Positions 51,275 to 60,819 of a DNA stretch of 64,000 nt are shown in pieces. Made by a program: the position numbers and the translations under genes. The notes beneath the pieces were generated by a model that had not been told where the DNA came from, ran no database searches, and worked only from the letters and a program-made list of their open reading frames with translations. Source of the DNA: Phycisphaerae bacterium (lineage in GTDB: Bacteria; Planctomycetota; Phycisphaerae; UBA1845); the NCBI GenBank assembly GCA_963666835.2, contig CAXXGO010000001.1, positions 384,001 to 448,000 on the forward strand, read 5' to 3'. The stretch's first letter is position 1. Every line of letters starts with the position of its first letter.

Positions 51275-52024
51275 TTATTCAGCAGGCTTCACCTCGCGTT
51301 TTCGCATCCGGTTCTTGGCTTTGGCGATCTCGCGGTGATCAATATTCCGCTCTCGGGCGAAATCTTTCTGTGACATCCCGCTCGACTTCCAGTCATTGTA
51401 GAGCTTCGTATCTTTGACGGGATCCGTTGTCTGCGGCCGTCCAGCTCGCTTCTTCCCTTTGGATGCTGCCCTGCGTTTGCGCGGGGTCTTGGCGTCTTGG
51501 GCTGCCTCCAGACGCTTCTTCTCCCCCCAGTCTCGGACGGTCTGTACTATCAGGATCAACAGGTTGTTGGTTTCCGAGAGGATACGTCGCCCATACACGG
51601 CGACATCTTCTTCGTTCGCGTCGAGGGGCCTCGCTGCCTTGACCCGAAGTTGGTCCCAGGCCTCTCTGGCCAGAAACGCGCCGATCCCCTCGATCTGCCG
51701 AACCGTGTTTTCGATGGCATCGGCGTCCATCGGCGAATCGTACTCCTCCAGGAACTTGGCAAACCAGCGGTGAAGGTCTGGTATAGTATCCAGAACCCAG
51801 CGGTTGATCTGGACGAACAAACGGTCGATGCCAAGGTCCGCAAGATAGGGCGGTTTCGTGGGATGAAAAAGCTCGGACAGCTCGGTCCGCGATTGGTTCA
51901 TTACCGCGAAAAACGTCTCCCGACGGTCATGCGGGATTATGTTGGGCACCTCATACACTGTGGGGAGATCTGCAAACTCGGTCTTGTCGGCCGGGAACAT
52001 GGTGTTTCTAACCTGCCGATCCAC
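51275..52024 (-). CDS. hypothetical protein with C-terminal HTH-like motif (possible regulator)
   Basis: Ends in GRP...LYNDWKSSGMSQKDFARERNIDHREIAKAKNRMR. Confidence 0.6.
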   Translation of the reverse strand: MDRQVRNTMFPADKTEFADLPTVYEVPNIIPHDRRETFFAVMNQSRTELSELFHPTKPPYLADLGIDRLFVQINRWVLDTIPDLHRWFAKFLEEYDSPMDADAIENTVRQIEGIGAFLAREAWDQLRVKAARPLDANEEDVAVYGRRILSETNNLLILIVQTVRDWGEKKRLEAAQDAKTPRKRRAASKGKKRAGRPQTTDPVKDTKLYNDWKSSGMSQKDFARERNIDHREIAKAKNRMRKREVKPAE

Positions 52025-52278
52025 TCGTCCCCGTGAAGAACACGAAAACCGATCGTCTTAACAACTGGGCCACAGCGTTGGAACGAAGCCACATCACGAT
52101 TAACTGGTCGGCCGGAGGACACGTCGAACCGGACAACACAATCCCGGTGCCCCTCTCACGAAACTAGATCGCCGGGCGACCCTCGTAGTAGTAATCGCCG
52201 CAGGGCGATCCCGGCGGCTAGACGAACCCGAAGCCGTCTCCTTCCGAGCCGGCGGAGCGTCGGCGAGTTTCCGCGTTC

Positions 52279-52629
52279 CTACACCTCATCAAGCCGCTTC
52301 TCTTCCTCCTCTCGAGCTTCCAGCCACGGGGGCTTCGGGCTTGCCCGGCCTTCGACGGCGGCATAGATCGCATCCGCCAGCGGTTTGGCATTCTTCAGCG
52401 GGATGACGAAGAAACGCCCCGGGCGAGACCGTCGCTTCGGTCGGCGATACTTAGAGCAGCTTTGAAGGCGTACATAGGCGCGCCCGCCATGCTCTCGCCG
52501 ATGCACAAGAACCGCATGTCGATCGTCCCAAGGCACCACATCCACCAGCCGGTCGATCGTGTCGAGGATGCTCGGCATAGTCATTCGTTCGGGAATGTGC
52601 ATGCTGGCGTCCATGCCTCGGATAGCCAC
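52279..52629 (-). CDS. PC4-like putative ssDNA-binding protein (paralog 2)
   Basis: VPW...VLVHRREHGGRAYVRL...RFFVIP...LADAI, homologous to 53254-53625. Confidence 0.55.
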   Translation of the reverse strand: MAIRGMDASMHIPERMTMPSILDTIDRLVDVVPWDDRHAVLVHRREHGGRAYVRLQSCSKYRRPKRRSRPGRFFVIPLKNAKPLADAIYAAVEGRASPKPPWLEAREEEEKRLDEV

Positions 52630-52884
52630 CTCCTATTCGCCCAAGTGTACGCAGCCCGGGCGATCTCGCAATGTGTCCCCCATACCCCAAAGGGTATTTC
52701 TGCGCGCGAACGTCGCGACGCCCAGAACCCATTATCCCGACCTTCCTAATGACATCACTGGAATTCGTTGCTGGATGTGGCGTGAGTGTGGACGCAGGCG
52801 GCAGGCACCCTCATACCCCAGGGCGCAACCGTATGGGGTATTCTCCCCAACCCAGAGGCATACCACCCGGCCGGGCCGCGGAGA

Positions 52885-53235
52885 TTAGCCCCCCGTGGGC
52901 CTCTCGAAATCCAACGGCCCCAACAACTGCTCGACCTGCGGGATGGATCGAAGAGCCCCGCGCGATTGCCGGTCGGCGCGGACCCTTGCAGCAAGGTTGC
53001 CGCCGTCGGACAGTTCAGCACGTCGGTGTTCGATGTCCTCGATAAGCTGCTCAACCGCCTCTCGGTCCGCCTCGTCGGTCGCGGACGCTCCAAGCTGGCG
53101 GGCGCGACGCAGGTGTTCGGTCAGCTCCCCGCATGTCTTCAGACGGCCCCTGGCCGTACGCCGGCGGGCAGCTTTGGGCATGGTCTGGCAGAGCAATCGC
53201 AAACGCGCGTGCAGGTGCTCGTTCTCCTCGGACAT
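52885..53235 (-). CDS. hypothetical helical protein
   Basis: GGAGG RBS 8 nt upstream of ATG 53235. Confidence 0.5.
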   Translation of the reverse strand: MSEENEHLHARLRLLCQTMPKAARRRTARGRLKTCGELTEHLRRARQLGASATDEADREAVEQLIEDIEHRRAELSDGGNLAARVRADRQSRGALRSIPQVEQLLGPLDFERPTGG

Positions 53236-53253
53236 CACCCAAACCTCCGTCAC

Positions 53254-53625
53254 TTACGTAAACGGCCACGAATCCATGTCGTCAACATCGTCTGCCGCGT
53301 CCTCATCATCCTCCGACAGATCGAACCACTCTTCCTCCCAGGCGTAGAGCCTATCGGGGCTGGGATTCGTCACGCCTTCGGCTGCAGCCCGAATCGCGTC
53401 TGCGAGGGCCGCGGCGTTGTCGATCGGGATCACGAAGAACCGGTCGGACGGATACCATACCAGGAGCTTGCGGTGCTTGTTCCACGTTCGAAGGCGGATG
53501 AAGGTACGTCCCTGGTACTGACGACGATAGACGAGCACCGTCCGCCACTCCCCCCACGGAACCGCAGCCATGAACTCCTCGATCGTCTCGGAGCTGCTTG
53601 GTTTCGTTGTTTCGACGTGTGCCAT
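53254..53625 (-). CDS. PC4-like putative ssDNA-binding protein with acidic tail (paralog 1)
   Basis: VLVYRRQYQGRTFIRLRTW...WYPSDRFFVIP...LADAI, ending in DDEDAADDVDDMDSWPFT. Confidence 0.6.
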   Translation of the reverse strand: MAHVETTKPSSSETIEEFMAAVPWGEWRTVLVYRRQYQGRTFIRLRTWNKHRKLLVWYPSDRFFVIPIDNAAALADAIRAAAEGVTNPSPDRLYAWEEEWFDLSEDDEDAADDVDDMDSWPFT

Positions 53626-54376
53626 ATGCGAGTCCCTTCGCCCGGCCAGCTTGCGGCGCGATGACGCGTGCTGTCCGTGGCCCGCGTTCGCGTGATCCAA
53701 GGGCATGTTATCCCAGCTACCCCGGACGCAAGCAATAAGCCGCGAGCGCGGCCGGCGATTACTCTCCACAGGACGACATCGCCGCCGGCATGGACGCGGC
53801 GGGACCAAAGCTCGCCACGCGCCGAGCCGGGACTTACGCACAGCGGCGGTGCGTGATTAGTGTGCATGACCGTGCACGCACCGAATGCACGCTCAAGTGC
53901 CTGTATGTGCGAGAGTTACATCAATCGTGCATGGGTCTCGAAGAATAAGCGGCTCCGGCGAGTTTGGAAGCACGAGGCGCGTTCCTGCAAACCCGGGCGG
54001 TCAAAGACCAAGCCGCAAACCGCCTATCCCGGAAACGCCGGAGGCACCGAAGTGGTTGTCGGGCTTGGTGTCGCTGCATCCCATCGCCACGTACGCCTAG
54101 ACGGCGCATGCCGGCTTCGGGGGCATGGATGGCCCACCCAGCCGAGATCGTTGAAGGACGCGTGTTCTGACGCGTCTAACGCATGTAGGAGGCGACGCCG
54201 TTCTTGGTGAGATCCGGCCGCGAAGCGAGCGTCCCGATGTCCTCAAAACGCCTCCGAGTTGAGCAGATGCCCCCGGAGGACCTGCTAGACTCCGGTTGAC
54301 TCCCCGAGTCGAATCCGCTAAAGATTCAATCTAGCTGACATCGGCGCAATTCATTCCCTCGACGGAGGAGCAGACG

Positions 54377-55045
54377 ATGAAGTGGAAAGTCGCGGCAGCT
54401 GCTGTTCTGGCGGTTCTCGTCCTTGGCGCTTCACCCGCCCGGGCCGGCAAGCCGATAGCAAACCCCTATCCGTTCGGCAAGGCCGAGGTACAGGGCAAGT
54501 CGATCGAGTACGTAGTGGAGTTACTCGCCATCGGCGACAAGTACCGCCGCCTCTGCCTCAACGCATGCTACGTCCAGAACTCGTTCGGTATCGCGGAGCA
54601 CAATGGCCGCGAGTCCAAGAACTGGTATCGCGCGGCCCTGGACCGGGAGCCCGGCAATGCCTACGCGAGCGTCTCGATCGGGTACGTCGATCTGATCCTC
54701 GGGCGCGCCGCACGCACCACAAGCGACCGGGACAGCTACTTTTCGGCGGCCATGGCTCGATTCCGCGAGGCTCTGGAGAAACGCCCGGGTTATGGCCGGG
54801 CCTATCTGTACATGGCCCAGGTCCAGGCCCTTCGCCAGGAGTACACCAAGGCCGAGAAGAACCTCGAGCTCATCCTCAACTCCGACATCGCCGAGTCGGA
54901 AACGCACTCGTGGATGGCGTACGTGCTGATCAAGACGAACCGCAAGAAGGAAGCCCAGAAACACATCGCCCGGGCTATTGAGTTGGATGACCCCTCCGAG
55001 TCGGCACGCTGGTGCCGGGACAACAGAAGAAGGGCGGAACGCTAA
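54377..55045 (+). CDS. exported TPR protein
   Basis: GGAGGAG RBS, signal peptide (ARA cleavage site) and TPR-like repeats. Confidence 0.75.
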   Translation: MKWKVAAAAVLAVLVLGASPARAGKPIANPYPFGKAEVQGKSIEYVVELLAIGDKYRRLCLNACYVQNSFGIAEHNGRESKNWYRAALDREPGNAYASVSIGYVDLILGRAARTTSDRDSYFSAAMARFREALEKRPGYGRAYLYMAQVQALRQEYTKAEKNLELILNSDIAESETHSWMAYVLIKTNRKKEAQKHIARAIELDDPSESARWCRDNRRRAER

Positions 55046-55046
55046 G

Positions 55047-55850
55047 ATGAGATTGCCGCGCACCTACGGATTCTGGTTGATTGCTCTGGCGACCCTGGGG
55101 ACGATCGGTTGTGCCACTATGGGCCCTCCACCCAGCGTCGAACCCCTCATGCCCCGACGCGGGATTACGCCGCGGTCGTACAAGATGAAACTCGCCGTGT
55201 TCAACCTGCAGGATCCGACCGGGTCCGGTGGTAAGCTGTCGGAGAGCGTCGCTGAGGTTCTGCACATTTCGCTCTTCGAGACGAATCGGTTCGAGCTGAT
55301 GCAGCGCGCCGAACTTCGCGGGATTGACCCGGGCGACACGAAGCGTATTCAGGAACAGTACCGCGACCGGCTCGACGCCCTCGTTGTGGGGAGCATCACC
55401 CACTTCGACACCGTCAAGAAAACCGTGGCGTTGAACGTCAACGTGATGAATCCGTACGGCACGACCATGGCCGCCAAGCACTTCGTGGTCAAATACAGCG
55501 GAAACATCAACGTCGACGCCGACCGCGACGATATCGACCGCATCGCCGAGTGGATCGAGAGATCGTTCCCGAAGCTTGCCACGGGCGAAGTCATCTCACG
55601 CTCCTCCGACCGGATTACGGTGAACCTCGGCACCGATAGCGGAGTACAGGTGGGGATGTGGATGCTCGTCGCTTCCCGCGGAGATATCGTCAGAGATCCC
55701 CAGACGGGCGAGTTCCTCGGCAGCGACATCTACGTTGGTGAAGTCTATGTGGTGGCCATCAACCCGGCCACGTGCGACGCTCGGCTCGTGCGGAACGTCA
55801 ACAAGCGAATCCCGCAGATCAAGGTCGGTGACAAGGTCGTGTTCAAATAG
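55047..55850 (+). CDS. lipoprotein with CsgG/TolB-N-like and FlgT-C-like domains
   Basis: Lipobox TIGC, KLAVFNL...TNRFELMQRAEL, and C-terminal ITVNLGTDSGVQVG...DPQTGEFLG...IKVGDKV. Confidence 0.7.
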   Translation: MRLPRTYGFWLIALATLGTIGCATMGPPPSVEPLMPRRGITPRSYKMKLAVFNLQDPTGSGGKLSESVAEVLHISLFETNRFELMQRAELRGIDPGDTKRIQEQYRDRLDALVVGSITHFDTVKKTVALNVNVMNPYGTTMAAKHFVVKYSGNINVDADRDDIDRIAEWIERSFPKLATGEVISRSSDRITVNLGTDSGVQVGMWMLVASRGDIVRDPQTGEFLGSDIYVGEVYVVAINPATCDARLVRNVNKRIPQIKVGDKVVFK

Positions 55851-55863
55851 GAGTTCCCCTGCG

Positions 55864-56286
55864 ATGTTGTGGAAGACTCTTGGACTCGGATTGTTGGGGT
55901 TGATTGCCCTCGGCCAAAGCGAACCAACCCGGCCCGGCGAACCCGCGCACGCCGGCGCCGAACAGGCTCGCTCGGATCTTCTGGTTACGCTGGAGCATGT
56001 CGGAGGGAGGATCGAGGTCTTCGGCGACGAGGTCTATCGCCTGGAGCTGATTCTGGATGCCTCCGGGAAGCTCGACCAGGTGCACCTGATCATCCGCTCC
56101 GCCGAGGAAGTCGACACGCACGTCTGGTACAACGTCGACAACCTGGTAAGCGTGCGCTATCGATTCGTGGAGATCACCGGCAAGGGGAAGGTGATGGTCC
56201 GCACCGTCACCCCGCCCAAGATAAAACCGCCCACGGTCACCCACAAATCCGAGGTTCCTGCTCTGGAACCGGAAGATTACCGTTAG
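55864..56286 (+). CDS. exported hypothetical protein
   Basis: AGGAG RBS, signal-like N-terminus, operonic with the two preceding genes. Confidence 0.6.
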   Translation: MLWKTLGLGLLGLIALGQSEPTRPGEPAHAGAEQARSDLLVTLEHVGGRIEVFGDEVYRLELILDASGKLDQVHLIIRSAEEVDTHVWYNVDNLVSVRYRFVEITGKGKVMVRTVTPPKIKPPTVTHKSEVPALEPEDYR

Positions 56287-56302
56287 CCCGGTAAGTGGGT
56301 GA

Positions 56303-59300
56303 CTACTCCGAATAACGCAGTCTGGACTCGAGCTTGCGCTTGACGGCCGGCGGCGGATCGCACTGACGCCCCTGGCGGAACGAACGGATTGCAGCCGCGA
56401 CCTGCTCGCAGGCGAGCTGGGCGTCGCCGAGCAGTAGCCACGCTTCGGCATTCCGCGGCTCGTACCTCGTGGCCGAACTTGCAGAAACCACCGCGGCGGC
56501 GAATTCACCCTGGGCGAGCTGCACCCGGCCCCTCACAAACCAGGCGTGTCCGTACCCCGGGAACACGTCCGTCGCCCGCTTCGCGTAATCCCCGGCCCGG
56601 TCAAGCCTCTGGGCCCGCTCGTGGACCAGAGCGGCAAGGACGAGGGCCTCGCCGTTGTCCGGATTGTCCTCGAGAACATCCTCCAGCCATGGAAGGGCCT
56701 TCTCCGCCGAACGGCGGTCCCCGGCGAGCATTGTCCGAGCCAGGCCTAGCCGGGCCGCGGTGTGGTCTTCGTCGACCTCAAGGGCCCGCTCGAAGTCTTT
56801 CCGGGCGGAACGCGTCCAGCCCTTCTTCCGCAGCTCGGCGTAGCCGCGAAGAACGAGAGTCTCCGCGTCGCGCGGATGGGCGTCCAGAATCTCCGTGCAG
56901 GCCTCGATGGCCGCATCGATCTTCCCGTCCTCGAGGTCGCGACACGCTCTGGCGAACAGATCCCGCTCGTTCTGCGGACGGGATTCGGCCGGTGGAGTAT
57001 CTCCCCGCAGCCCAGCCGCAATGTCGCTCGCCATGTGATCGGGAATCCCGGAGACGTGGCCGGACCACCGGGCTTGCCGCACCATGTTCCCGGTGGAAGC
57101 ATCGACAATCCGGACGAGGATCGAGACCATGCCCTCATCGAATCGGAACTCGCCATCGATCAACAGCTCGGCGCCGACGTGGCGAGCAGCGTCCGCCTTG
57201 TTCCCTCCGGCCGTCTCCAGAGCCCCAGCGACAGTCGCCCGCTCGACCACCGTACAAAGGTCTGCATCCCGCAATCCCAGGTAGAGTGCTTGATCGACAA
57301 GCGTCCCGAGGTGCCCGGATGGTGGCACCCCGGCGTCGTTGTTGACGGAGAACAACGCGCAGGTCTGCGCTGTGTAATCCACCGCTTCTTCGGACTCGAC
57401 CGCAGGCTCACCGGTCGCGACCGGCTCGCCCGCGCCGGCCTCTTCCGTCGATGTCACGTCGGCCGCGACATCCGTCTCCGCCACAACCCGGAGCCCGTAG
57501 GTGTAGCCGCGGAAGCCCGGCCTGCCCCTGCTTCGATACGCACAACGGCAGAAGCTCGCAAGGTCGAACCCCGAGCCGCCCCGGTGAACACGGTACATAC
57601 CGCTGTCAGGACCGGTCGGATCCCGGTCTGGAGAATCGGCATAATAGTCCTCTCCGTACCAATCACCGCACCACTCCCAGACGTTGTCGTGCAGGTCATA
57701 TAGGCCCCACGGGTTGGGCTGATTCACGCCCACTGAATGAATCTCAGACGCGGAAATACCCCGACACCAGGCGTGGTCGTCCAGACGGCCCTTCGAGTCG
57801 CCGAATGAGTACGCCGTCGTAGTGCCCGCTCGGCACGAGTACTCCCACTCCGCCTCCGTAGGTAGCCGGGTCGTTCGACCAGTCCGCGCCGACAGCTTCC
57901 GGCAGAATTCCTGGCAGTCACTCCACGATACCTTCTGTACCGGATGATCGGCGCCCGTGAACCCGGACGGAACGCCTCCCATAACCGCCCGCCACTGCGC
58001 CTGCGTTACCTCGTACTTGCCCAGGTAGAACGGCTGGCTGATTCGGACGCGATGCAGCGGGTCCTCGTCACTATCGCTGTTGCTCGACCCCATCAGGAAC
58101 TCGCCCGCCGGAATCAATACCAGCTCCATCGTCACCCCGCTGCCCAAATCGAGGGTGAGCGTCGAGGCGGGATCATACTGGCGTCCACTCTCCTCCCTCA
58201 GCCGATCGGACACCTCCGGTGTGCTCACAGCCTTCTCAGGTACCCCCGCCGCAACCCGAAACCCGACGCTGCAGTTCCGTTTGTCCGGCGTGCCTATGAC
58301 ACGATACGCCGAGCGCAGGCTCACACCGTGGATGTCCAAGGCCCCGCCCCTAAAAGCGCTTCCTCCGGTGTTTCTCGACCCCACCGGATCCACCTGGACA
58401 CCGGACGGGTAAGCGCCCAGCCAGTCTGCACACCACTCGTAGACATTGCCGTGCATATCATGCAGACCCCACGGGTTGGGCTGCTTCGTACCCACCGCGT
58501 GCGTCACCCCCCCGGAGTTACCTTTATGCCACGCGTAATCGCTCAGGCGAGCCGTCGAGTCTCCGAACGAATACGCCGTCGTCGTCCCGGCCCGGCACGA
58601 GTACTCCCACTCCGCCTCTGTCGGAAGCCGAATCGGATGCCCCGCGTGCCTGGACAGCCGCCGGCAGAACTCCTGAATGTCATTCCACGACACCCTCTCG
58701 ACCGGACGGTTGTCGCCCTTGAACTTCGACGGATCACTCCCCATCACCGCGCGCCACTGGGCCTGCGTTACCTCGTACTTGCCGATGTAGAACGGGCTGC
58801 TAATCCTGACGGGATGGGGCGGCCTCTCGCCACTGCCTCCGTTGTTCGAGCCCATGGTGAACTCGCCCGCAGGTATCAACACCAACTCCATCGTCACCCC
58901 GCCGCCCAGGTCGATGGTGCGCGTTGGGGCTAGATCCTGGCGACCTCCGATCCCATCCTCCAGTCGAACCGCCTTCGTAGCCCCGACCTCGGGGACCGGC
59001 GGTTCCTCCTTCGCTTCGTCATAATCCACGGTCCCGGCACCATCGGAGACTACCGCCGGATCCTCGATAGCGGTGATACGATCATGCTCGTCTAGCGCCT
59101 CCGGGTCATCAGGGAATAATGCCAGTGCCACGCGGACAGCCCTCAGTCCCCGGTCGCGCTGGGCATACGTTGTGCAATCCCTGGCCGTGACCATGTTCCG
59201 CTCGTATCTCTCGCGCCTCTTCCGTTGCTTAACGACCGCCGGATCTTCGATAGCCTCGATCCGATCGCGCTGGAGCAACGCCTCCGGGTCGTCGGGGTAT

Positions 59301-60763
59301 AGAGCTAGAGCATCCCGTACGGCCGCCAGACCCAGTTCACGGCGGGCGTACGTCGTGCAACCGCGGGCCCTGCCCATCAGTTGCTCGTAGGTCCGTTGCT
59401 TCTCGCGGTCGGCAGCAATCGCGGGGTCGACCATATTCCCGATACGCTCGCGCTCGGCCAGCGCCTCCGGGTCGTCCGGGATCAAGAGCAAGGCCTCCCG
59501 CACCGCCGCAAGACCCGCCGTGCGATCCGCATACGATGTGCACCCTTTCGCCACAGCCAGCAGCTCATCAAACCGGGCGAGCTTCTGTTGGCCGGGATCA
59601 ACGGCCGCCGGTAGCTGGTCAGCTTCTTGCCCTTCGTCAGGAAGCGTCGCCACCGGGCTTGTTACCGGGGCAGGACTCACCTGCGAGCCGGGAGTACCTG
59701 ACCCGCCCCCCGTAATCGCCCAGATCCCGACGGCGGCCAGGACGACCACCGCCGCCAGGCCGATCCACCAGGCCGCGCGGGACGGCGAGTGGCCGGCTAT
59801 GGCGCTCAGACTCGCGCGGGCCTCGGCGGCTTCTTGGTACCGACGAGACGGATCGGCTTCCAGAGCCCGGCTGATCCAAGCATCCCACGGGGAAAGCTCG
59901 GCATCTTCTTGTCCCGGCAGACGAGTGATGCCCTCCGGCAATCTACCCATCAGCATGCGATAGGCCATCAGACCGACGGCGTAGAGATCCGTGCGGTGGT
60001 CCACGGTGGTCCCGGGCTTCTTCTGTTCGGGGGCCATGTACGACCACGTGCCGATCAGCGCCTGCGTGCTCGTACCGGCCGGAGAACCGCCCTCGTCGGG
60101 CATATCCGACCCGGCTTGGCCGTCGATGGTCGGCGCCGAGCCGATCGAAGTATCTCGCCCGCTCTTGACATCCATATCGCCCGCCGCACCCGGAATGGTC
60201 GGAGCGGAACCCAGCGAGAGGGACTCGCTGATACTGGTGAAGATCCGGTCGCGAAACATCGCCTCGCCGACGATCCGCACCAGGCCGAAATCCGCGATCC
60301 GGGCCATGGGGCCGGACGGGGTCTGCTCTATCAGCACGTTGGCCGGCTTGAGATCGCGGTGGACAACACCCTCGTCGTGGGCGTAGCTGAGCCCGTCGAG
60401 GATTTGCCCGACCAGCCGAGCGGTCGTGCGACTGTCGAGTTTGGCGCCGTGGTCCTTCAGGTAGCGGTGGAGGTCCATCGGGCCGTCGTCGTCGCCGACG
60501 TAGGCCATGACGACATACGGCCGACCGTCCTGGTCGAGATCGCTGTGCTCGATCTTGAGCAGATGGGGGTGGTCCAGCTCGGCCTGTACTTGGGCCTCTT
60601 TCTTGAACCGGTCGAGGGCCGACTCGCTGCCGTCGGTGTGCAGTACCTTGATCGCCCGGCGAAATCCGAGGTCACGGTGCTGGCACAGATACACCGCGCC
60701 CATCCCCCCACACCCCAGCCGCCGCAGGACCTTGTACGGACCAATCTGTTGCGGGTCAGTCAT
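56303..60763 (-). CDS. membrane Ser/Thr kinase: kinase-TM-helical repeats-2x FGE-sulfatase (CLec)-CsgG-like-TPR
   Basis: GCGGMG, AIK, HRDLKPAN, DFG and APE kinase motifs; a TM helix; two LIPAGEF...RLPTEAEWEY...G(F/L)RV domains; C-terminal TPRs. Confidence 0.92.
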   Translation of the reverse strand: MTDPQQIGPYKVLRRLGCGGMGAVYLCQHRDLGFRRAIKVLHTDGSESALDRFKKEAQVQAELDHPHLLKIEHSDLDQDGRPYVVMAYVGDDDGPMDLHRYLKDHGAKLDSRTTARLVGQILDGLSYAHDEGVVHRDLKPANVLIEQTPSGPMARIADFGLVRIVGEAMFRDRIFTSISESLSLGSAPTIPGAAGDMDVKSGRDTSIGSAPTIDGQAGSDMPDEGGSPAGTSTQALIGTWSYMAPEQKKPGTTVDHRTDLYAVGLMAYRMLMGRLPEGITRLPGQEDAELSPWDAWISRALEADPSRRYQEAAEARASLSAIAGHSPSRAAWWIGLAAVVVLAAVGIWAITGGGSGTPGSQVSPAPVTSPVATLPDEGQEADQLPAAVDPGQQKLARFDELLAVAKGCTSYADRTAGLAAVREALLLIPDDPEALAERERIGNMVDPAIAADREKQRTYEQLMGRARGCTTYARRELGLAAVRDALALYPDDPEALLQRDRIEAIEDPAVVKQRKRRERYERNMVTARDCTTYAQRDRGLRAVRVALALFPDDPEALDEHDRITAIEDPAVVSDGAGTVDYDEAKEEPPVPEVGATKAVRLEDGIGGRQDLAPTRTIDLGGGVTMELVLIPAGEFTMGSNNGGSGERPPHPVRISSPFYIGKYEVTQAQWRAVMGSDPSKFKGDNRPVERVSWNDIQEFCRRLSRHAGHPIRLPTEAEWEYSCRAGTTTAYSFGDSTARLSDYAWHKGNSGGVTHAVGTKQPNPWGLHDMHGNVYEWCADWLGAYPSGVQVDPVGSRNTGGSAFRGGALDIHGVSLRSAYRVIGTPDKRNCSVGFRVAAGVPEKAVSTPEVSDRLREESGRQYDPASTLTLDLGSGVTMELVLIPAGEFLMGSSNSDSDEDPLHRVRISQPFYLGKYEVTQAQWRAVMGGVPSGFTGADHPVQKVSWSDCQEFCRKLSARTGRTTRLPTEAEWEYSCRAGTTTAYSFGDSKGRLDDHAWCRGISASEIHSVGVNQPNPWGLYDLHDNVWEWCGDWYGEDYYADSPDRDPTGPDSGMYRVHRGGSGFDLASFCRCAYRSRGRPGFRGYTYGLRVVAETDVAADVTSTEEAGAGEPVATGEPAVESEEAVDYTAQTCALFSVNNDAGVPPSGHLGTLVDQALYLGLRDADLCTVVERATVAGALETAGGNKADAARHVGAELLIDGEFRFDEGMVSILVRIVDASTGNMVRQARWSGHVSGIPDHMASDIAAGLRGDTPPAESRPQNERDLFARACRDLEDGKIDAAIEACTEILDAHPRDAETLVLRGYAELRKKGWTRSARKDFERALEVDEDHTAARLGLARTMLAGDRRSAEKALPWLEDVLEDNPDNGEALVLAALVHERAQRLDRAGDYAKRATDVFPGYGHAWFVRGRVQLAQGEFAAAVVSASSATRYEPRNAEAWLLLGDAQLACEQVAAAIRSFRQGRQCDPPPAVKRKLESRLRYSE
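57479..57592 (-). repeat. internal DGR variable-repeat-like segment (sister of 63667-63780)
   Basis: Gapless 114-nt alignment with 21 mismatches, 18 of them at codon positions 1 or 2. Confidence 0.7.
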
Positions 60764-60819
60764 GCTACTCACTCAACCTCGCATGCCGCACTCATTGGCG
60801 AGCGGTGAAGGAAACCGGG

